Of a stretch of 64,000 bases of DNA, positions 1-10,136 are shown one piece after another. Every line of letters begins with the position of its first letter. Within the stretch, counting starts at the first letter, position 1. The notes under the pieces are model-generated. The model worked only from the letters and a program-made list of their open reading frames with translations, did not search any database and was not told the DNA's origin. Both the position numbers and the translations under genes were made by a program. Source of the stretch: Chloroflexota bacterium (GTDB lineage Bacteria; Chloroflexota; UBA11872); NCBI GenBank assembly GCA_022821905.1, contig JAJECS010000030.1, positions 8,586 to 72,585 on the forward strand. Reading direction: 5' to 3'.

Positions 1-449
1 AGCCCGCGCTCGCGTCCACGTCGGCCGAGCAGGGTCGGCTGGCCGCGCGACATGCCCTGGGATTGGACTGCCCCAGCATCGACGACGAGTTGCCCATTGG
101 CATCTACACGATCCCCGAGATCGCCCTGGTCGGAAAAACCGAAGAGCAACTCACGATGGAAGGGGCGGCTTACGAGAGCGGCGTGGCGCGGTACAAGGAG
201 ATTGCGCGCGGCGCGATCATCGGCGACGACTTCGGCATTCTGAAGCTGCTGTTCGATCCCGATACGCGCAAGGTGCTGGGCGTCCATATCTTCGGCAACC
301 AGGCCAGCGAGCTGCTGCACATCGGCCAGGCCGTCATGCAGCTCGGCGGAACCATCGACTACTTCGTGGAGACGATCTTCAACTATCCGACGTTCGCCGA
401 GGCCTACAAGGTTGCCGGGCTGAACGGGGTGAACAAGCTGGTCCGGTAG
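1..449 (+). CDS. sthA: 3' part of a soluble pyridine nucleotide transhydrogenase / pyridine nucleotide-disulfide oxidoreductase (dimerisation domain); the 5' end lies outside the window
   Basis: The C-terminal sequence ...FNYPTFAEAYKVAGLNGVNKLVR matches the SthA/Lpd-family dimerisation domain; the reading frame is open from the window start. Confidence 0.6.
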   Translation, partial: PALASTSAEQGRLAARHALGLDCPSIDDELPIGIYTIPEIALVGKTEEQLTMEGAAYESGVARYKEIARGAIIGDDFGILKLLFDPDTRKVLGVHIFGNQASELLHIGQAVMQLGGTIDYFVETIFNYPTFAEAYKVAGLNGVNKLVR

Positions 450-552
450 GCCAGATGCCGCGTTCCGGAAGTGGGCGCCTTTCGCAAATGTGCGCCGCAC
501 GGTGACCCGGCACCGGCGGGCACACTTAAACCATGGGTTGCCGTGCGGGGGT

Positions 553-579
553 GGATTCCCGCCTCCGCGGGAATGACGG
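553..579. repeat. Copy of the dispersed palindromic repeat GGATTCCCGCC(T/C)CCGCGGGAATGACGG (hairpin ATTCCCGC/GCGGGAAT)
   Basis: The same 26-28 nt motif recurs near 21123, 45267, 54079, 56463 and 63639, always in intergenic DNA. Confidence 0.75.
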
Positions 580-662
580 ACTCAAAGTAGGCCACGCGTC
601 GTGGTCGGGCGGCTTGCAGTGGCACTATGGGCTGCCGCCGCTTGCCGTCGAGGTCACCCCGC

Positions 663-1724
663 ATGTCGGAGCCTGCCAACGCCCCCGCCGCTGAACGCCG
701 CCGCATCCTGACCGGGCTGCGCCCCTCCGGGCCGTCCCACGTGGGCCACTACGCCGGTGCGTTTTCGCAGTGGCTGGAGTTGCAGGACGAGTACGAATCG
801 TTCTTCCTGCTGGCGGATTACCAGGTCTCGGACTACGCCGACAACCTGCCCTGGATTCGCTGGGGGCTGTGGGAGGTGACGCTGGATTGGCTGGGCGTGG
901 GGCTGGACCCGGACCGGTCGCACTTCGTCATCGAAAGCGGCGTGCCGGAGTTTGCCGAGCTGACGCTGCATCTCAGCTGGTTTCTGGGGCTGGGTCACCT
1001 GCAGCGCAATCCGACGCTAAAGGCCGAGTTGGCGGACCTGGAAGCGACCACCAAGTCGGTGCCCGTGGCCTTTTTCAACTATCCCGTCATGCAGATCGCC
1101 AACATCCTGCTGCCGCTGGCGCACCTCGTGCCGGTGGGCGACGACCAGCTGCCGCACATCGAGATGACGCGCGACGTGGCCATCCGCTTCAACCGGCGGT
1201 TCGGAGACGTGTTCGTGGTGCCGGAGGCCCGGATCGGCGCGGTGCCGCGACTCGTCGGGATCGACGGCAAGGGCAAGATGGGCACGTCGGCCGGCAACGC
1301 GATCTTTCTGAAGGATTCCGAGGAGACGCTGCGGGCCAAGGTGCGCAGCATGTTCACCGACCCCAAGCGGCTGCGGGCCACCGATCCGGGCACCGTGGAG
1401 GGGAACCCCGTCTTCATGTATCACGACGCTTTTAACCCAAACACGGACGAGGTGGACGACCTCAAGGCCCGCTATCGGACCGGACGGGTGGGTGACGTGG
1501 AGGTCAAGGACCGGCTCTTCACCGCCATGAACGACTTCCTGGCGCCGATTCGCGACCGGCGGGAGCACTGGGCGGCGCGTCCCGACGACGTGCGCGACGT
1601 GCTGGCGGCCGGCACGGCCGCGACCAAGCGACGCGGCGAGGAGCTGGTGGAGCACGTCCGCACGGCGCTAAGCCTCGATTACCTGCGCGACGGGCCTCCG
1701 CCTCCGCCGGAGGGCGCGCCATAG
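663..1724 (+). CDS. trpS: Tryptophanyl-tRNA synthetase
   Basis: Class I aaRS motifs: HVGHY (HIGH-like) and KMGTSAGN (KMSKS-like); length about 353 aa; the ATG at 663 is preferred over the ORF-track start at 627. Confidence 0.85.
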   Translation: MSEPANAPAAERRRILTGLRPSGPSHVGHYAGAFSQWLELQDEYESFFLLADYQVSDYADNLPWIRWGLWEVTLDWLGVGLDPDRSHFVIESGVPEFAELTLHLSWFLGLGHLQRNPTLKAELADLEATTKSVPVAFFNYPVMQIANILLPLAHLVPVGDDQLPHIEMTRDVAIRFNRRFGDVFVVPEARIGAVPRLVGIDGKGKMGTSAGNAIFLKDSEETLRAKVRSMFTDPKRLRATDPGTVEGNPVFMYHDAFNPNTDEVDDLKARYRTGRVGDVEVKDRLFTAMNDFLAPIRDRREHWAARPDDVRDVLAAGTAATKRRGEELVEHVRTALSLDYLRDGPPPPPEGAP

Positions 1725-1805
1725 GGCCTGTCCGGCCGCCGCAGTGCGCCCGGCGCGGACGCGAACCGGTGGCAGCGACTGACGGCATCACCGGGCGGAA
1801 CGTGG

Positions 1806-2249
1806 ATGTCTGACAAGCGGAAGTCCCGGTCCCGCATCCGCCCGGTGGCGCTGGCGGTGATTCGCGACGGGTCGCGCCTGCTCGTGCGGCGGTACACCGC
1901 GCCCAACGGCGATCGCTACTACCGACCGCTGGGCGGCGCGATTGAGTTCGGCGAACGAGCGGCGCAAGCCGTGAAGCGGGAGATCCTGGAGGAAATCGAG
2001 GCGGAGATCGAGCAGGTGCGACACCTGACCACCGTCGAGAACATCTTCGAGCGGGAGGGCGAGCGCGCGCACCAGATCGAATTTCTCTTCGAGGCACGGT
2101 TCGTGGATCGGTCGCTCTACGGCGCCGAGCTAATCGACGGGACGGAGTCAAGCGGCAAGCGCATCGAGGCCGTTTGGCTCGACCTTTCCGAACCGCTCGA
2201 CGGCCCGTTGTATCCGGAGGGTCTGCGGGAAATGCTGACGACGGAATAA
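1806..2249 (+). CDS. NUDIX hydrolase
   Basis: NUDIX box GGAIEFGERAAQAVKREILEEIEAEI (GX5EX7REUXEEXGU pattern). Confidence 0.75.
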   Translation: MSDKRKSRSRIRPVALAVIRDGSRLLVRRYTAPNGDRYYRPLGGAIEFGERAAQAVKREILEEIEAEIEQVRHLTTVENIFEREGERAHQIEFLFEARFVDRSLYGAELIDGTESSGKRIEAVWLDLSEPLDGPLYPEGLREMLTTE

Positions 2250-2490
2250 CGCCGCCGTAGGAGTTGGCGAAGGTTCGCGAAGTTCACCGATCAATGCGGC
2301 GCTCGAATCGTCCGCCGACGGCATTCGGTTTGGCGAATTCAGGTAATCGAGCGGCAGATCATCGGGTACCCTCTTAGGCGCCTTTCGCGTGCCGCGGCCG
2401 AGGCGGCGTGCCTCGTTTGCCGCGTGACGGGCGCACCCGGGGAAGACTGACGAAATCCCTTCCCCGGCCTCCACTATCAAGGAGCAGCGA

Positions 2491-5055
2491 TTGATGGCGC
2501 ACAGCAACGGCAGCCAAGGCGTCACCGCCCGCGCGAGCGCGGTGCAGACGGTGGCGATCGACGACACGGTTGAGGTCCCGGCCTACGACCGCGAGCGGAT
2601 CGAGGACGTCGGGTTCATGACCGCGATGACGCTGGTGCTCCTGGGCAACTACGCCCAGACCGGGCACTTCGGCGGCCCGCTCGCCTATACGCCGTACAAC
2701 GTGGCGCTGCATCTGGGCGGACCCGAGAATGGCGCCCTCCGCTACGACTACCGCCGGCCCAAGCACCCCTTCTGCGACCGCTTCATGCTGGCCGGGGGGC
2801 ACAACATCCCGACGGCCTACGCCCTGTGGATGATCATGGGTGAGGCCATGGCGCAGAAGCACGCCGCGACGGGCGACGACCGCTATGCCGTCGACCCCAA
2901 CACCGGCATGCTGCCGATCGATGCGCTTGGATTCCGTCGGGGTCGCGGCGCGCTGGACACGCTGCTGCAGGACCACGGGCTCGAGGACCACCCGCTCTTC
3001 GCGCAGGCCAAGATCCGCGGTATCCGCTCGCTCGCCGGTCACTCCGAGACCACCGACGTGACCAACGACGTGAACGGCGGACCGTCGGGGATCGGCGTCG
3101 CCACGGCGGCGGGCAAGGCGGCCTTCTGGGACTTCGTCGGCGCCGACGACTCGCTCAAGGTGATCGCGCTCGAAGGCGAGTTCGCCATGACCGAGGGCCA
3201 CGCGCAGGAGCTGAAGACGCAGGCGCTGGCGCAGCAGGTGGGCAAGCGGCTGCGCGTGCTGCTCTCCTACAACAACGCCGGCATCGACGATTCGCTCGTC
3301 GGCGGCGTCATCGATCCATCGCTCACCCAGGGCTACGTGATCGAAGACCAGTGGACGTCCTACGGCTGGAACGTGATTTCGCTGGAGGACGGCAACGACT
3401 ACGACCAAGTCATGGCCGCGCTGCGGGCGATGGAAGAGTGGGACCCGAATGACCGCCGCCCGATCATCGTCGTCGGGACGACGACCAAGGGCTGGTGGCC
3501 GGCCGCCGACAACGGACACCTTCCCGGGTTCGGCGAGCAGCTCATCGGGTATCACAGCCATCCCTACGAGCTGAAGATGAACGAGCCGTATTTCGTGGCA
3601 CTGGCCGAGACGTTCGAGCGGCGCTACGGCGTGGAGTTCGACGGCATCCGCGACGGCCCGGTGGCCGACGAGCGCGAGCGGCTGATCCAGTTCAAGACCA
3701 ACATCGACGTGGCGATGTCCGTGCTGAACCAGAACGGCTTGGGCGACTGGCTGGCTGATCGGCTGGTCGAGATCGGCGACTCGCTGAACGACGAGCTGCC
3801 ACTGCGCATCGACGCGTCGGTCAATCCGTTTCTCGACGAGCGGCTGTGTCCCGAGAACATTCCGCTGGAGCCGCAGTCGGTCGAGGTCACCAACGAACTC
3901 ACCGGCGAGACGGCGACGGTGGACATCGACCTGGCCAAGAAGCCGGGCGAGGTTGCCGGAACCCGGCGCGCCATCTCCGAGCTGATCAAGTGGGTCAACT
4001 ACGTCACGGACAACCGGTTCATCACCCTGGCGGCGGACCTGTCCAGCTCGATCAACGTGGAGAAGGGCGCGATTTGGGGGCACTACGACCCGGTCGACAA
4101 CCCGCTGGGCACGCGCATGAAGGCCCCGATCGAGGAGGCCGGCAACGCTTCATCGGCCATCGGGCTGGTGAGCCAATCGGCGTCGCTCGATCCCGAGCGG
4201 CACGCGGGCGTCTGGGCCCTGAGCGGCACCTACGGCGCGTTCACGCCGCTGATGTATCTGCCGGCCCGCGTCTGGAGTCAGCAGAACCAGGACAGCCCGT
4301 TCCGGATGGGCGTGCTGCACATTCTGGCGGGGCACTCCGGACCCGAGACCGCCGCGGACGCGCGCACGCACTTCGGCATCTTCGCGCCGCAGGTGTGGAA
4401 GCTGTTCCCGCGTGACCAGGCCATCAACCTGAGTTTCTGGGACTACAACGACGTGGCGCCCGGATATTTCGCGGCGGCATCGTTGGCGGCGCGTGATCCC
4501 AAGGTTGGGCTCATCACCATCGAAGTGGCACGGCCCGACTTTCCGGTGGCGGACCGCAGCGCGTTCGCCGACTCCGATCCGCTGGCGGCGGCCAAGGGGA
4601 TGTATCTGATCCGCGATTGGGACGCGGGCAGCGAGCCGCAGGGCACGGTGTTCGTGCAAGGCTCGAACTCGACGGTCAACCTGATGCGCGTGCTGCCCCA
4701 GCTGGAAGCCGAGGGCGTGAACGTGCGGGTGATCGCCGTGGTGAGCGAGGAGCTTTTCGAGCGCCAGTCGCAGGACTACCGCGACAGCCTGATCCCGGCC
4801 GGATCCCGCTATGACGCGATGGTGGTATCCACGGGCACGCGGCGGATGCCGCCGGTGCGCGACCTCGGGCCGCTGACTGACGAATACTCCCTGTGGTCGG
4901 ATTGGGACAACCAGTGGCTCACGGGCGGGACCGAGCCGGACGTGATCGCCGAGGCGAATCTCGACGCCGAATCGATCCACGCCGGCATCAAGCGGTTCGC
5001 GGAGGCCCGATCCGAGCGGCTCGCACGGCAGCGCGAGGTGCTGGCGGCGCTGTAG
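2491..5055 (+). CDS. Transketolase-family thiamine-diphosphate-dependent enzyme, unusually long (854 aa)
   Basis: The N-terminal region resembles the transketolase TPP-binding domain (GHFGGPLAYTPY..., DRFMLAGGHNIPTAYALW, GGPSGIGVATAAGKA, IALEGEFAMTEGHAQE); specificity is unknown. Confidence 0.55.
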   Translation: MMAHSNGSQGVTARASAVQTVAIDDTVEVPAYDRERIEDVGFMTAMTLVLLGNYAQTGHFGGPLAYTPYNVALHLGGPENGALRYDYRRPKHPFCDRFMLAGGHNIPTAYALWMIMGEAMAQKHAATGDDRYAVDPNTGMLPIDALGFRRGRGALDTLLQDHGLEDHPLFAQAKIRGIRSLAGHSETTDVTNDVNGGPSGIGVATAAGKAAFWDFVGADDSLKVIALEGEFAMTEGHAQELKTQALAQQVGKRLRVLLSYNNAGIDDSLVGGVIDPSLTQGYVIEDQWTSYGWNVISLEDGNDYDQVMAALRAMEEWDPNDRRPIIVVGTTTKGWWPAADNGHLPGFGEQLIGYHSHPYELKMNEPYFVALAETFERRYGVEFDGIRDGPVADERERLIQFKTNIDVAMSVLNQNGLGDWLADRLVEIGDSLNDELPLRIDASVNPFLDERLCPENIPLEPQSVEVTNELTGETATVDIDLAKKPGEVAGTRRAISELIKWVNYVTDNRFITLAADLSSSINVEKGAIWGHYDPVDNPLGTRMKAPIEEAGNASSAIGLVSQSASLDPERHAGVWALSGTYGAFTPLMYLPARVWSQQNQDSPFRMGVLHILAGHSGPETAADARTHFGIFAPQVWKLFPRDQAINLSFWDYNDVAPGYFAAASLAARDPKVGLITIEVARPDFPVADRSAFADSDPLAAAKGMYLIRDWDAGSEPQGTVFVQGSNSTVNLMRVLPQLEAEGVNVRVIAVVSEELFERQSQDYRDSLIPAGSRYDAMVVSTGTRRMPPVRDLGPLTDEYSLWSDWDNQWLTGGTEPDVIAEANLDAESIHAGIKRFAEARSERLARQREVLAAL

Positions 5056-5211
5056 GCGCGGGGCGGGTGAGGCGGCCTGCTGGTCTCCCACCTCTGGGCG
5101 ACCGCCGGCATCGGTTCGGGCGGAGCGCGCCGCAGACCAGCTACGCAACCTTGACAATCAAAGTTGGAAGTAGCGATTGACGCGGCCGAGAGGCGCGAAT
5201 ACGGTATTTCC

Positions 5212-6105
5212 ATGGCTACAGCGACCGTAGAACGCGATCTTTCCGATCTCCTGATTCCCACCGACGGGATTCCGAAGGAGGTTCTGCGAAAGGTCAAGCG
5301 CGCCGGCCGCCGAAAGATCATCAGCGATTCCTATCCCTATGCCACCAAGATGGGTCGGCAGGCGTACGAACGTCGGAAGGCGGAGTTGCAGGTCGAGTTG
5401 CTAAAGATGCAGCGGTGGGTCAAGGAGACGGGGCAGCGCGTCGTGCTGCTCTTTGAAGGCCGCGACGCCGCCGGCAAGGGCGGCACCATCAAGCGCTTCA
5501 TGGAGCACCTCAATCCCCGCGGCGCAACCGTGGTGGCGCTGCCGGCCCCGTCCGAGCGCGAGCGCAGCCAGTGGTACTTCCAGCGCTACGTGCAGCACCT
5601 GCCGGCAGAGGGCGAGATCGTGTTCTTCGACCGCTCCTGGTACAACCGGGCAGTCGTCGAGCCCGTAATGGGCTTCTGCACGCCGGCCGAGACGGTGCGA
5701 TTCCTGCGCGACACCGTCTTGTTCGAGCAAATGTTGATCAACGAGGGCCTGCGGCTGTTCAAGTTTTGGTTTTCGGTGAGCCAGGAGGAGCAGCTCAGGC
5801 GCGTCATGTCCCGCGCCCAGGACAGCCTCAAGCAGTGGAAGCTGAGCCCCGTCGACATGCGGTCGCTGCCGCTGTGGGACGAGTTCACCGAGGCGAAGAA
5901 GCTGATGTTCGCGGGTACCGACACAAAGGCGTCACCCTGGGTGGTCGTCAAGTCGGACGACAAGAAACGCGCCCGCCTAAACTGCATGCGCTTCTTGCTG
6001 CGGAGCTTGGAGTACGACCCCGACGGCGCGCGGCGCGTGACCAAGCCCGATCCGAAGGTGATCGGGCCCGCGAAGTCTCTCTACGGCAAGGACGAGGTCT
6101 GGTAG
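5212..6105 (+). CDS. ppk2: Polyphosphate kinase 2 (PPK2 family polyphosphate:nucleotide phosphotransferase)
   Basis: Walker A GRDAAGKGG with the PPK2 signature ...FDRSWYNRAVVEPVMGF... and the lid region; the ATG at 5212 is preferred over the TTG at 5164. Confidence 0.8.
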   Translation: MATATVERDLSDLLIPTDGIPKEVLRKVKRAGRRKIISDSYPYATKMGRQAYERRKAELQVELLKMQRWVKETGQRVVLLFEGRDAAGKGGTIKRFMEHLNPRGATVVALPAPSERERSQWYFQRYVQHLPAEGEIVFFDRSWYNRAVVEPVMGFCTPAETVRFLRDTVLFEQMLINEGLRLFKFWFSVSQEEQLRRVMSRAQDSLKQWKLSPVDMRSLPLWDEFTEAKKLMFAGTDTKASPWVVVKSDDKKRARLNCMRFLLRSLEYDPDGARRVTKPDPKVIGPAKSLYGKDEVW

Positions 6106-6174
6106 CTCAGGCCACGGCGGCGTAGCCGGCGGGAACAGTCGGGCAGGCGGCGGTTTACCGGCGGGGCCGATGCG

Positions 6175-7077
6175 CTAGGCAGGCTCGGGAAACGTCAGGC
6201 ACAGACCGTCGGCACCGCCGATGACGCAGCCGTCGAATACCTCGCGCGCCTCGGCAATCATGGCGTTCATATACGCCGGTTCGTCCGCTTCCGTCATGAC
6301 GTGCACCAACACCAGCCGTTGGACACCCGCCGCGGCGGCGATCTCTCCGGCGCCGCGGGCCGTGGTGCAGGCGGCGTAGATGTCGGGCCAGCGTTCGCGC
6401 GCCGCGTCGACCTCCATGGCCATGTGGACGAGCGTGTGGGCCCCGCGCGCCAGCTCGACGATCTCCGGCAATGGGCGCGTGTCCCCGGAGATGACAATCG
6501 AGCCGCCCTCGGCGTCGAGCCGGTAAGCCAGCGACGTGAGGTAGGGCTGCGCGTGCCGGGCATGCCCCACGCGAACCGTCCACCCTTCGGCTGTGACCGT
6601 GTCTCCGACGGCAAGCTCTCGAACGTGGAACCGCGGGCGCTGGCGGGGCATCACGCCGCCCCGATTGCGGTAGGCCTGCAGGCTCATGGGATGGTTGGTG
6701 CGCGCGACGAGATCGGGACCGAACGCACCGTCGTGGCCGAACAGGCGCTGCGTCATGCGCTCCAGCGGTCGCGGGCCAAAGACCGAGAGGTCGTCGCCGC
6801 GTCCAGCGCCCTGATCCCAGCGTGACAGCGCGAAGTGCGGGTAGTCGGTGGAGTGGTCGAAGTGCAGGTGGGTGAAGAACACATGGCCAATCGTGGCGAG
6901 ATCGATGCCCGCCGCCGCTAGATTCCGCGTCGCCCCGGGTCCCAGATCGAAGACCACGCCGGCGTCACCCACGCCGACGTAGGTGGACGACCCGCCGCGA
7001 TGCGGTCGCGGGTCGGGCGTTCCGGTGCCCAGAAGCACCATTCGCAGCGGCTGGCTCATGCGCGGGGCCTTTCGCAC
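6175..7077 (-). CDS. MBL-fold metallo-hydrolase
   Basis: THLHFDHSTD HxHxDH metal-binding motif; the start may instead be at MSQPL (7059). Confidence 0.7.
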   Translation of the reverse strand: MRKAPRMSQPLRMVLLGTGTPDPRPHRGGSSTYVGVGDAGVVFDLGPGATRNLAAAGIDLATIGHVFFTHLHFDHSTDYPHFALSRWDQGAGRGDDLSVFGPRPLERMTQRLFGHDGAFGPDLVARTNHPMSLQAYRNRGGVMPRQRPRFHVRELAVGDTVTAEGWTVRVGHARHAQPYLTSLAYRLDAEGGSIVISGDTRPLPEIVELARGAHTLVHMAMEVDAARERWPDIYAACTTARGAGEIAAAAGVQRLVLVHVMTEADEPAYMNAMIAEAREVFDGCVIGGADGLCLTFPEPA

Positions 7078-7115
7078 AATGCGGGCAGCTTGCGAACGCT
7101 GGAGGCACTGCCCGC

Positions 7116-8264
7116 ATGTCTGACTGGGACGTCATCGTAGTTGGCGCGGGCGCCATGGGCAGCGCCGCGACCTTCCACCTGGCGCGGCGGGGCGTGCGCG
7201 TGCTGGCGCTGGAACAGTTCGATCTTGCCCACGACCAGGGCAGCTCCCACGGCTACACCCGCATCATGCGGCACGCGTACTACAACGCCCCCGGGTACGT
7301 GCCGCTGGTGCAGCGGGCGCAAACGCTATGGCGCGAGCTCGAGGAAATCAGCGGCGAGACGCTGTTTGTCCACACGGGCGGTGTCTCGCTGGGGCGGCCC
7401 GATGCGCTCGTGGTGCGCGGCGCGCTGTTGGCCGCCGAGCGGTTTGGGCTGGATCACGAGGTGCTGGACGCCGCCGGAGTCCACCAGCGGTTCCCCGCCA
7501 TTCATCTCTCGGACGACATGATCGGCGTGCACGATCCGGCCGCCGGATTCTTGCTCCCGGAGCGGGCGATTCTGGCGCACGCGGCGGCGGCTCGGTCGCA
7601 CGGGGCAGAGGTGCGGACGCGGGAAGCCATCACCGGCTGGCAAGCCACGAGCGACGGCGTGGAGGTCCACACCGAGCGCCACGTTTACCGGGCGGAGCGA
7701 CTGGTTCTGACGGCCGGAGCGTGGATGGGGGAATTGCTGGCGGACCTGAAGCTGCCACTCGAAGTGACACGTCAGGTCGTCGGATGGTTCGAGCCGGATG
7801 ACCCGGCGCTCTGCGAGCCGCACCGTCTGCCGGTGTGGCTGCTGCAACCTCCGGGAGACGAGGAGTATTTCTACGGCCTGCCTCGATACGGCCCGCCGGG
7901 GCTCAAGCTTGGACGCATGTTCCATTTGCAACCGGCCGTCACGCCAGCTGAGCTGAGGCGGACGACGGACGACCCGGACGAGGCGCTGTTGCGCACGTGC
8001 CTGGCTCCCTACTTTCCGGGAGCCAACGGCCGCGCGCTGGAGCTGATGACCTGCATGTTCACCAGCACGCCGGACGGCCACTTCATCATGGATGCGCATC
8101 CACGACACCCAAACGTGACGCTGGTGTCGGCGTGTTCCGGGCACGGCTTCAAGTTCGCGTCGGTGGTTGGTGAGATCGCGGCTGAGTTGGCGCTGGACGG
8201 CCAATCCCAGCACGACATCGAAATGTTCCGTCTGGGCCGCTTCGAGAACGGCGCGACTCGATAG
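7116..8264 (+). CDS. Monomeric sarcosine oxidase / N-methyl-L-tryptophan oxidase family FAD oxidoreductase
   Basis: N-terminal dinucleotide-binding motif DVIVVGAGAMGSA; C-terminal CSGHGFKF (the covalent FAD cysteine motif of MSOX/MTOX). Confidence 0.75.
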   Translation: MSDWDVIVVGAGAMGSAATFHLARRGVRVLALEQFDLAHDQGSSHGYTRIMRHAYYNAPGYVPLVQRAQTLWRELEEISGETLFVHTGGVSLGRPDALVVRGALLAAERFGLDHEVLDAAGVHQRFPAIHLSDDMIGVHDPAAGFLLPERAILAHAAAARSHGAEVRTREAITGWQATSDGVEVHTERHVYRAERLVLTAGAWMGELLADLKLPLEVTRQVVGWFEPDDPALCEPHRLPVWLLQPPGDEEYFYGLPRYGPPGLKLGRMFHLQPAVTPAELRRTTDDPDEALLRTCLAPYFPGANGRALELMTCMFTSTPDGHFIMDAHPRHPNVTLVSACSGHGFKFASVVGEIAAELALDGQSQHDIEMFRLGRFENGATR

Positions 8265-8267
8265 CCG

Positions 8268-10136
8268 CTAGACCGGCCACACGATCGGCACGACGATCAG
8301 CGACGTGACCAGGATCAGCAGCGTCAGCGGCGCGCCCACCTTCAGGAAATCCACGAAGCGGTAGCCGCCGGCGTTGTAGACGAGCAGGTTGGCCTGGTGG
8401 CCGATGGGTGTGAGAAAGGCCGTCGAGGCCGAAATGGCCACCATCATGAGGGCCGGTTGCGGGGCGATGCCCGCGCCGGCGGCAATCTCGAGCGCCAACG
8501 GAGCGATGAGCACGACGGCGGCGGCGTTGGACATGAGCTGCGTCAGCAGCGCGGTGGCGACGAACAGCCCGGCGAGGACGGCCAGCGGCCCCATGGGGCT
8601 CACATATTCCGCGGCCCACTGCGCCGCGAGATCGGCCAGGCCCGTGGTGGTGACCGCGTCGCCCAACGGAATGAGCGTGCCGATGAGCACGATAGTGCGC
8701 CAGTCGACGGCCGTGTAGAGACGCTGGTATGGCAGCACGCGAAAGAGCAGCATCAAGATGATGCCGGCGGCAGCCGTCACGGCGATCGGCGCGATGCCCG
8801 CCGCAGCCAGGCCAACGACCGCCCCGAGAATGAGCACCGCCACGGCCATATGCGGTCGAACGGCCGGCCTCGCCGGCCGGCGGCCAAGCAGGATGAACTC
8901 GGGCGAGCGAGCGAAGGAATTGACGCGCTCGACGGGCACCCGGACGATCAGCACGTCGCCCGGCCGGATCTGCACATTGCGGATCGCACGGCCCAAGCGC
9001 TGCCCCTGACGCCAGATGCCCAACACCACGCCGCCATATCGCCGTCGAAAATTCATCTGGACGAGCGTCTGGTGCGCAAACCTGAATCCCGGCCCCGCGA
9101 CGAGCTCGACCACCGCGGTTCGCTCGCTCGCGTCGTCAAGCGTCAGCTCGGAGTCCTCACCGGCAAAACGCAGGCGCTGGGACTGGGCAAGGCGAGTGAC
9201 GGCTTCCAGCTCGCCTTCGACGATCAGCCGGTCGCCGGCATAGATCGCGTCCGACGGACCGGGAATTCGATTGCGGACGCCAAGGTGGGTGATTTCAACC
9301 ACGCCGATGTCGAAGCGCGACCGCCAGCGGAGCTGGGCCAACGTGCGCCCGGCGAGATCCGAATCGCCCGGCACCTCGAGCTCGACCATGAACTCGCGCG
9401 TCTGTTCGATTTCTCGATCGACGTCGGCGCCTTCGCGGGCGGGAATGAGCCGCGGCCCGGCAAGCAGGAGGTAGAGCAGCCCGACCGCCATGACCGCCAG
9501 GCCGGTCGGCGCGTAATCGAACATGCCGAACGGGGTCTCGCCGGCCCGCGCGAGCGCCTCGCTCACCAGCAGGTTTGGCGGCGTGCCGATGAGCGTGACC
9601 AGACCGCCCAGGAGGGAGCCGAATGAGACCGGGATGAGCAGCTTGGAGGGAAAGGACTTGGCGCCGAGCGCAAGGGTTGTGGCCGCGGGAATCAGGATCA
9701 CGGTGGCGGCAATGTTGTTCATCACGGCCGACATCACGCCCACGATCAGCACCAGCAGCGCCATGCGCAGGCGCAGGCCGCCGCCGAGACGCGCGATGAG
9801 GGCGGCGATCGCGGCCGGGACCCGGGCCTCGACGAGACCGGCGCTCAAGACGAACATTCCCGCCACCGTGATCACCGCGGGACTGCCAAACCCGCTGAAC
9901 ACCCGATCCGGCGTGACGAGGCCGGCGAAGGCCACCGCCAGCAGCGCCAGCACGCCGACCAGGTCGGGGCGCACGCGTTCGCTGGCGAAGAGCGCCAGGG
10001 CGCCGCCCAGCACGCCGATGAGAATCCAGGCGTCGGCTGTCATCGCGCTTCCGTGGTCATCCCGAGAGCGGGCAATGGGATAGGCTAAGGCCCGCGCATC
10101 GCAAATCGCCGCCGCGAGCGGGAGGAGTGAGGGCAA
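8268..10136 (-). CDS. SLC13/DASS (ArsB/NhaD superfamily) permease with two central TrkA-C (RCK_C) domains
   Basis: Multiple transmembrane segments at both ends and a central soluble region with a duplicated TrkA-C-like fold; 622 aa. Confidence 0.65.
   Translation of the reverse strand: MPSLLPLAAAICDARALAYPIARSRDDHGSAMTADAWILIGVLGGALALFASERVRPDLVGVLALLAVAFAGLVTPDRVFSGFGSPAVITVAGMFVLSAGLVEARVPAAIAALIARLGGGLRLRMALLVLIVGVMSAVMNNIAATVILIPAATTLALGAKSFPSKLLIPVSFGSLLGGLVTLIGTPPNLLVSEALARAGETPFGMFDYAPTGLAVMAVGLLYLLLAGPRLIPAREGADVDREIEQTREFMVELEVPGDSDLAGRTLAQLRWRSRFDIGVVEITHLGVRNRIPGPSDAIYAGDRLIVEGELEAVTRLAQSQRLRFAGEDSELTLDDASERTAVVELVAGPGFRFAHQTLVQMNFRRRYGGVVLGIWRQGQRLGRAIRNVQIRPGDVLIVRVPVERVNSFARSPEFILLGRRPARPAVRPHMAVAVLILGAVVGLAAAGIAPIAVTAAAGIILMLLFRVLPYQRLYTAVDWRTIVLIGTLIPLGDAVTTTGLADLAAQWAAEYVSPMGPLAVLAGLFVATALLTQLMSNAAAVVLIAPLALEIAAGAGIAPQPALMMVAISASTAFLTPIGHQANLLVYNAGGYRFVDFLKVGAPLTLLILVTSLIVVPIVWPV

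Noticed and set aside
2250-2490. A TPP riboswitch in the leader of the transketolase-like gene
   Set aside because: The conserved CUGAGA and ACCUGAUCUGGAUAAUGCCAGCG-type elements could not be found by eye; left as a suggestion for a covariance-model scan only
2374-4083. 569-aa minus-strand ORF opposite the transketolase-like gene
   Set aside because: Antisense high-GC artefact; the plus-strand frame carries recognisable TPP-enzyme motifs
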